From positions 6,584,202 to 6,648,201 of the forward strand of contig CM082588.2 of assembly GCA_040954595.2 (NCBI GenBank): 64,000 nt of DNA. The letters are read 5' to 3'. The position numbers were made by a program, and so were the translations under genes. Positions 56,294-64,000 of the stretch are shown here, piece after piece. The notes beneath the pieces are model-generated. The model made no database searches and was not told where the DNA came from. It saw only the letters and a list, made by a program, of their open reading frames with translations. The DNA is from Balanoglossus misakiensis. Lineage: Eukaryota > Animalia > Hemichordata. The stretch's first letter is position 1. Every line of letters begins with the position of its first letter.

Positions 56294-58762
56294 CTAGCAA
56301 AGTATCTTTCTCTGGAAAATCACGAGTTGTTTGGAGTGTGAAGTCCGACTAGCTACTCCAGCAACTCTCACGTCATTGGTCGACACTATACAGGACAATT
56401 CCCACCCTCGTCTGCCCATCTCCTGAATAGCGTCAATCCAGCTTCCTTTGATTTTCATCTTACCCAGGAGATCATACTGGAAAAAAGAGAGAGAATTATG
56501 GTACAAATAAATTAGGATAGACACTTCCCGAACCACAAATATAATAAGCTTAAAGGGACAGTGGCTGTAACTTACAAGAATTTGATTTACCCACCATGGT
56601 TCACTGATTATCGAGTTGCGAAGATGAAATCATGATGTATCACACTCTTGGACTTACCGTGACTCTGTGCCAGTATTCCACTACAACGCCCTCGTACTGT
56701 GGAGTAGGGTCTTCTAGTCTGCCAACCTCTTTCTCAAAGAACCACACCGAATTTCGTGTTATTGAGTTATTCACAGCTGTGGAAGACAACAAACAAAGTC
56801 AAACCAACAGAAATTAATTGGTGGTGTGTCTAAGAAAATGGTGGCAAATTATATGCCAATATTTATGATGGTACTCTGTGAATTGTGTACTGTGTACAGG
56901 ATCTTACCATTTGTTGATTTGGAATTGTCATAAAATATATCCACCAACTTCCATCCTTCAGATAAGTACCCCTGCAGTTGTTCATTCCAGTCGAAGTTGG
57001 TCTCCACGACATTGGAAGGGAAAGCCACTTTGATGTGAGATGTTATTGGAATGTTCACAGCTTGGTAGGTGTACTTGGCAGGGCTGGGTTCCATCGGCAG
57101 GTGGAATAAAACGTCTATGCCAATAACTGCAAGAAAAAGTGGGCATAAATTTCATTTGCAAGAATGTTGTGTCCTTTAAAAAAGGTATACACATCTCAAC
57201 AATTGGTCCAAGATGGTGGCGCCCATAGCATAGTCTGTGTCTGAGATTGAAAAAAAGACAGTCGGTCCAGTGCTCCTTATAGCTGTCCCAGACTACAAAA
57301 TGTCAACACACATTGACCTTGCTCAGAAACCCATACCTTGTCCCTGTCCTTGCATCACCTGGCCTGCGGTCGGTGCTTGCGTTGCCATGGAGGCTTCCAA
57401 ACAGATCAGTCTTCCACCCTTTGAGCTGATATCTGTGATCTGAAACCAGTGTAGATATAAATTAAACTTTAAACCCCCAGTTTCCTCTCTAAAATTCTTT
57501 GTTCTGAACTACTAACACCTGACTGCTAATGACCAATGTATGCTTACCTGACCAATCAGATGGGTCGTATCCGATACAATTTCATTGTGTGAGAAAATCA
57601 TCTTCAACCCGGTCTTTAAGAGCTGTGGAGTTACTGTACTATGTTCAACATGTAGTTTCCACCCACTGGAGTTCCTGTGTACAAAACACATGTGTAGTTG
57701 CATGCTTTTATCAAGTTTGTAGTCTTGATTTTGTAATTTCATAAATTTGAGGGAAATCTTTCAATGAAGATGTTGGTCTGGATGTTTTATGTCACATTTT
57801 CTGTTTGTATAAACAGATAGATATATATGTCTGTAACTGATAAGTTATTATTACCCAATCTGATCTTTTGTAAATATTCCTTGGAACTGGTACGTGACTG
57901 TCGTTGAGAATGCACGATGACTGAAAGATCCCGGAATCATCTGGAATTGTACAAGTTCAAATCCCTTTGCGTACTGTTGGGCCAATAGAGGATAATATGC
58001 ATTGATGTCTGTGGTGGTGTCAGCTCCAGAAATGCCCGGCACTCCCCCTGAAAGATAGAAATGACAAAAATGCCATACAATTAATTATTACACCAGACTT
58101 CAGAAAGAATACGCTGGTACCAGAACGTATAAATGTTATACATTAATGAGCATGGAGATTTTATGGCTAAAGATTTCCTCACCTCAAGACTAATACTCGA
58201 AGATAAATATTCATTTATTCATTCCTTCATTCAATTATTAAAATTCCTCTATTGTTAATTGCAGTTTGGTACGTTCATGGTCTACCTCTATATTACATAT
58301 CTGACATGCCTATACATGGTCAAAGGGGCGTGTCTAATTATTCAAATAACCATGTGATAGCGCACTGTTTTTTGCTTGTTTCATCCACTGAAAATAAGTG
58401 ATTGGCCATACATGTACATGTAATGGCATTTTCCATGGCAACCGTGGTTCAATTTGTATGGACAGTGGCCGGCAACAACCACTCACAGCGCGCATGTCAA
58501 CGATCATGTATATTTCCGTTGATGACCCGTGCTTATTTCGGCACTTCCGGGTGTCTCTTTCACGCTGTGCCTGTTCCCATGTCAACGCAACAATGGAACA
58601 TAAACAATGTGAGTACTTACTGTGGCTGGCGGTCATATTAACGGGTACATCGACGAAGAGATATTCCACAACGGGTCCCTTGTATGGCGTCCCATCTTGT
58701 GGCAACTGCGACAGTGGGTCTTGTGTGGTCTCGTAGTCGTATCGACTTCCGTGAGCTCCCAT
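56294..58762 (-). CDS. Raftlin-like N-myristoylated protein (multi-exon)
   Basis: N-terminus MGAHGS (Gly2, Ser6). VEYLFVDV; YYPLLAQQYAKGFELVQF...FQGIFTK; WNEQLQGYLSEGWKLVDIF; GRRGWELSCIV...SKQLVIFQRKILC. These resemble remembered raftlin segments (LELYQQGF...FRAILIK, YGWQLTCV...KQIVFLQRP). Confidence 0.7.
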
Positions 58763-60019
58763 AATACGATCAGAGTTTTGTACAACTCTATGATTCAGAC
58801 TATCCACAATTTTCAAGACATTATGTGTAACTAAACCATAGGGGCAGTAGGTGCTAGGTGTAAACACAGCAAGCGCATGTACCGTTTCTTTGTAGGGACT
58901 GTGGTTCTGCTGAGCCTGGATATATATTACATAATCTGACCCAATTAGAAAACATGTAGTACACAAATAATCGAACCTCGTCTCTCATTGGTCATCTCAG
59001 GTGAAAGCCAACGACACGATTGGTGCGGTTTGTCTTCTATGATTTGACCCAACAAAAAATAATATTTCTTGGGGGGGGGGGGAATGTGATCGTCGATGTT
59101 GGACAAAAGATTCACTCATGCGTGAATTTATTTAACTGCCGGTGCCTGGCACCTTTTAAGAATTCAAAATAGCGATAAGGGAGATGTTTTTTTTTTTCTT
59201 TAAAAAGAAAAGAAAAGAAAATGACGATGGGGAAGAAAATACGTGTTTTCAAAGTGAAAGGCAATTTCGCAGGTGGAACTTACTAGAGTTTATTCCGACA
59301 CAACAATCTGATTAAAATCAGCAGTACCCAAAGCCCCTCGCTGCAAGTGTTGCTGTTTTCAACTAAAAGCGTGTAGTAACGCCCCATCCAGACTCAAAGC
59401 ATACAGCCTCTAAGTTGATTTTAACAGTTACCATTTTCGGAGTTCATTATATAAGGAAAATGCACAGAGCGTGTTCAGCCTTTTTATTCAAGTTCAAAAG
59501 AATTAAAACATGTTTACTTACATACACACATATAATAAAACAGAGTTATATAAAAAAACACTTTACTATCACACAGGCAAGATTCTCCGAGTACATTCTC
59601 AGATAAACTTAGTACTGATGGGGAAAAGCTTAGCCTTGGCCAGTTTTACTGGCTGATTACATTGATTCCACAACGGCCCGATGTCTATTTGTAAAGTTTT
59701 TTTCTGAGCAAAATAACAATCTTTGTGACCTACAGTCAAGTAATAACAGTACAAATACACATGTACGATTCTCTGGCATGAGAAAAATGATTGTCATTTT
59801 TAACATATAAACATGAACTAGACCAAGTTTCATATGTGCGTGCATTGATTATTAATGCATCGTGAGCCTGATTGACGTATGCATAGTTTCGAGAGATTTT
59901 GTCTGTTACAACATGCCATTACATGGCCCTTCCCGAGGACGCGATCCCGGGTAACCAAGGAAACATCCACGGCTATATCACAGGGTTATACTTTCTCTCC
60001 AAAGTCATATAAACCGTCT

Positions 60020-60641
60020 TTATTTGGTCTTTTTATTTTTATCTGTCTCATTGCCTTGCTTGCACGTGCGGCAGTCGCCATTTCCCTGATCTGCGGCACC
60101 ATCATCATCTATCTCGCCAAACTTGTTTCCATAGATACCGTTGCCACACTGGGAGAGGGGGATGGGAAAGAGCGCCCCCAGGACCCACTTCTTCCCCAGC
60201 ACGTCGCTGAGGTTGCTCCAGAGACCCCGGTCGAACCCCTCCAAGTCGTTCACCGCCTCGAACGTCGTCAAGCCGACGGTGGCCAGCCACATCTCCCAGA
60301 GGAAGAACCCCAGGCACACTATGCCGGCGGTCAGCGACAGGTACATCAGCAGCACCAGCGACAGTTCCCCGGTGGGGGTGTTTTTGAACCACCAGTTGAA
60401 GACGGTGGACGGCCCGAGAACGATGAACGTCGTGACACCAGTGAACTGCGTTCCATACACGCGACTCGTGTACATGGCTGATGTAACCACAGAATAACAG
60501 GTACCAAAGAACATGTGAATACAGTACCACATAAAGTATTTCTGATTGTAGTATCCTACGCACGTATTCATAAAGAAGCAATGGTGATCACGCTTGACAA
60601 TGCAGGCATTGCATAGTTTACAAGAATGACAGCGATACGGC
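60020..60641 (-). CDS. 3' coding exon of a ZDHHC palmitoyltransferase (ZDHHC22/24-like); 5' part not found in the window
   Basis: RPYRCHSCKLCNACIVKRDHHCFFMNTCVGYYNQKYF, two further TM helices and a TTFE motif. Stop at 60020. Confidence 0.9.
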
Positions 60642-61140
60642 CTACTGTTCTTAGGCTACTCGGCTGAAGTGGGCAGACAAAACCCAGCAGACAAAACTCT
60701 GGCAGGGATCGCAGCAGACAAATCTCGAAATACACTTTAAAACTTCAATTTCGGACAAAGGACTGACATATTACCTCAATTAGACTGTAGAAAATGATAA
60801 AGTTTCATAATTTGCTGGAAAATCCCCGCCAAGGATAAAAAATCCAGACGAAAAATACGATCGCCGTCTCGACTACACACAGTGCACTGAACTTCCTGGT
60901 TGAACAGTGTGCGATGTGCGAGGGCGCTTTAGACACCAATAATTGGTAAGAAAAATGTTTTGCAAATAACATGCATTATAAACTGCAGAAAGATACAGGA
61001 CGTTCATTGCGATGACAATCAACTCAATAATAATTACAATAATTATAATTATAATAATAATAATAATAATAAAACATTTATATCTGAAAAGAATGTGATA
61101 TCAGAAAATGTGCATATAATTTCACTACTTTTATACTATA

Positions 61141-62720
61141 ATATACCACTGTCTGCTGGTGCTTACAGTTGAGTGTGCATCCAACTTACATACCAGGGTT
61201 GATACACACATATCCACTCTATAAGACTGTACAGGTCTCATTAAATAATTAACTTCTTTGCATAAATTATGCTCATTTTAATTATTACCTGTATAGACAT
61301 ATATAGCAGTTTAACACATAATATACCACTGTCTGCTGGTGCTCCCAGTTGAGTGTGCATCCAACTCACATACCAGGGTTGATACACACATATCCACTCT
61401 ATAAGACTGTACAGGTCTCATTAAATAATTAACTTCTTTGCATAAATTATGCTCATTTTAATTATTACCTGTATAGACATATATAGCAGTTTAACACATA
61501 ATATACCACTGTCTGCTGGTGCTCCCAGTTGAGTGTGCATCCAACTCACATACCAGGGTTGATACACACATATCCACTCTATAAGACTGTACAGGTCTCA
61601 TCAAATAATTAACTTCTTTGCATAAATTATGCTCATTTTAATAATCACCTGCATAGACATATATAGCAGTTTAACACATAATATACCACTGTCTGCTGGT
61701 GCTCCCAGTTGAGTGTGCATCCAACTCACATACCAGGGTTGATACACACATATCCACTCTATAAGACTGTACAGGTCTCATCAAATAATTAACTTCTTTG
61801 CATAAATTATGTACATTTTAATAATCACCTGTATAGACATATATAGCAGTTTACCACAACATATACCACTGTCTGCTGGTGCTCCCAGTTGAGTGTGCAT
61901 CCAACTCACATACCAGCTTTGATACACACATATCCACTCTATAAGACTGTACAGGTCTCATCAAATAATTAACTTCTTTGCATAAATTATGTACATTTTA
62001 ATAATCACCTGCATAGACATATATAGCAGTTTAACACATAATATACCACTGTCTGCTGGTGCTCCCAGTTGAGTGTGCATCCAACTCACATACCAGCTTT
62101 GATACACACATATCCACTCTATAAGACTGTACAGGTCTCATTAAATAATTAACTTCTTTGCATAAATTATGCTCATTTTAATTATTACCTGTATAGACAT
62201 ATATAGCAGTTTAACACATAATATACCACTGTCTGCTGGTGCTCCCAGTTGAGTGTGCATCCAACTCACATACCAGGGTTGATACACACATATCCACTCT
62301 ATAAGACTGTACAGGTCTCATCAAATAATTAACTTCTTTGCATAAATTATGCTCATTTTAATTATTACCTGTATAGACATATATAGCAGTTTAACACATA
62401 ATATACCACTGTCTGCTGGTGCTCCCAGTTGAGTGTGCATCCAACTCACATACCAGGGTTGATACACACATATCCACTCTATAAGACTGTACAGGTCTCA
62501 TCAAATAATTAACTTCTTTGCATAAATTATGCTCATTTTAATAATCACCTGCATAGACATATATAGCAGTTTAACACATAATATACCACTGTCTGCTGGT
62601 GCTCCCAGTTGAGTGTGCATCCAACTCACATACCAGGGTTGATACACACATATCCACTCTATAAGACTGTACAGGTCTCATCAAATAATTAACTTCTTTG
62701 CATAAATTATGTACATTTTA
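61141..62720. repeat. 180-bp tandem repeat, ~8.8 near-identical copies
   Basis: The unit atataccactgtctgctggtgctcccagttgagtgtgcatcc... recurs at 61141, 61321, 61501, 61681, 61861, 62041, 62221, 62401 and 62581. Confidence 0.98.
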
Positions 62721-62733
62721 ATAAATCACATCC

Positions 62734-64000
62734 ATGCCAGACAACCACCCTGAGTACATAGTTATTTATGAAAGAGAAGAAAAGGTAAAAACTTGTACAT
62801 CAGGGTTTGAGAATAAAAACATTTTAGAGGCACTGGCAAATTGTTCAGCTATAAAAAAATGCTCAGAAAATGAAAATGATTGTGAGGACATCAGTGTGAG
62901 AAAAATTGTGAACATGGATGTAGGTATAATCAAAGCTGCTTGTAACAACTTGGTAGTACATCCAGAAGCCACATCACTGTTGGAGATATTCAAATGCCTT
63001 ATAAATCTCTTGAAGTCAACATCTAAAACAAGGCTTTCTGTCAAATTTATGCAATATTATGATTGCACAAGGTGCAGGAAAACAAGCACCACTAATATCA
63101 GGGAAATGATGATTCTGCCCGTTAAAAATCTCACCAAAGAAGGAATTACTAACATGCTGCGAGAAACCAAACTTAAGACTGCCAATAAACCATGCAGTTC
63201 TATTCCTTGTAAGAACATCTCTACAAGCAACAGCATAAAACAAGTGCGAAACCCCAGTATTTTTCAAATTGGAGACTCCCTTTTATTGCACACTGTAAAT
63301 CTCTCTCCTGGTCTGCAGATATCATCCCTATTGGATCTTAGTTCAATAGTTGATGAATTCCCCCTATGTGAAACTGACAAAGTCTTGTTTTCACTCAAGG
63401 CGCTAGTAGCAAAAACATCAAACACTTTGAATACAGTGATATGCTACATAAAGTCACAAGGCAAATGGTATAAAAAATCAGACGATGGCAATGATACTGT
63501 AACAACTTTACATAAAATATCATCAGAATCTTGTCACATCGTAGAATGCATTGCGATATACAATAGAATAAGTAAGAAGAAAATTATTCCCACCAAGATA
63601 ACTGCAAACATCGTAAAAAGTTCAGAAGAAGAAATGAACATACATAGTCCAAACAAAATAGTGACAACATTAAACACAAAAAGAACAGAAAGTATGCTGG
63701 ACGACATAAAAACTATGGGGGATATTTTAATCAATGGTTTAGTAATTGAACATCATAAAATCATTGGCTTGGTGAACAATTCTTGGTTGGATGACAGTTT
63801 AGTAACATCTTATCTGAGGCTTGTAGTAGAAGCAAGCAACAAACAGAACTCCATCTGGGTCCAGGATGCTTGCTGGGCAAGGGCAAAATTATCCCCTGGA
63901 ACTGTCGGTTTACCAACACCATACAAAAATGTAAATTGGTTGGATTATGATGTCATCTTTGTACCTTCAAATTTACAGGGAATACACTGGATTCTATTTG
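62734..64000 (+). CDS. Intronless ORF, open to the window end and absent from the ORF track: degenerate USP (C19)-like domain followed by a Ulp1/SENP (C48) protease; probably mobile-element encoded
   Basis: Manual translation shows no stop for >=422 codons. USP-like part: YDCTRC...KPCSSIPC...FSLKALVAKTSNTLNTVICYIKSQGKWYKKSDD...IYNR. Ulp1 part: NSWLDDSLVTSYLRL...WLDYDVIFVPSNLQGIHWIL. Confidence 0.75.
   Translation, partial: MPDNHPEYIVIYEREEKVKTCTSGFENKNILEALANCSAIKKCSENENDCEDISVRKIVNMDVGIIKAACNNLVVHPEATSLLEIFKCLINLLKSTSKTRLSVKFMQYYDCTRCRKTSTTNIREMMILPVKNLTKEGITNMLRETKLKTANKPCSSIPCKNISTSNSIKQVRNPSIFQIGDSLLLHTVNLSPGLQISSLLDLSSIVDEFPLCETDKVLFSLKALVAKTSNTLNTVICYIKSQGKWYKKSDDGNDTVTTLHKISSESCHIVECIAIYNRISKKKIIPTKITANIVKSSEEEMNIHSPNKIVTTLNTKRTESMLDDIKTMGDILINGLVIEHHKIIGLVNNSWLDDSLVTSYLRLVVEASNKQNSIWVQDACWARAKLSPGTVGLPTPYKNVNWLDYDVIFVPSNLQGIHWILF

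Overview
Eukaryotic, intron-rich genomic DNA (GT-AG introns, many microsatellites), most likely from a marine invertebrate deuterostome such as a hemichordate or echinoderm; the taxon is inferred from gene content only. Genes read left to right: last exon of a group II PLP decarboxylase; a small spliced Gln/Met-rich plus Gly-rich protein gene only partly captured by the ORF track; an intronless 3-Ig type I membrane receptor; a secreted EPN-type C-type lectin; two head-to-head SLC22 transporters; a ~901-aa PIDD1-like LRR-ZU5-ZU5-UPA-death domain gene; a MULE-derived PHD-FLYWCH gene; an ENPP ectophosphodiesterase; EIF1A; a raftlin-like gene; and the 3' exon of a ZDHHC palmitoyltransferase. The fifth coding intron of the PIDD1-like gene holds ~72 copies of a 137-bp hairpin-forming satellite enclosed by MITE-like inverted ends. 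Upstream of the ZDHHC exon lies a probable large mobile element with a 180-bp tandem array and an intronless antisense ORF, open to the window end, that fuses a degenerate USP-like domain to a Ulp1/SENP protease. All exon structures and alignments were read by eye; no database searches or folding programs were run.
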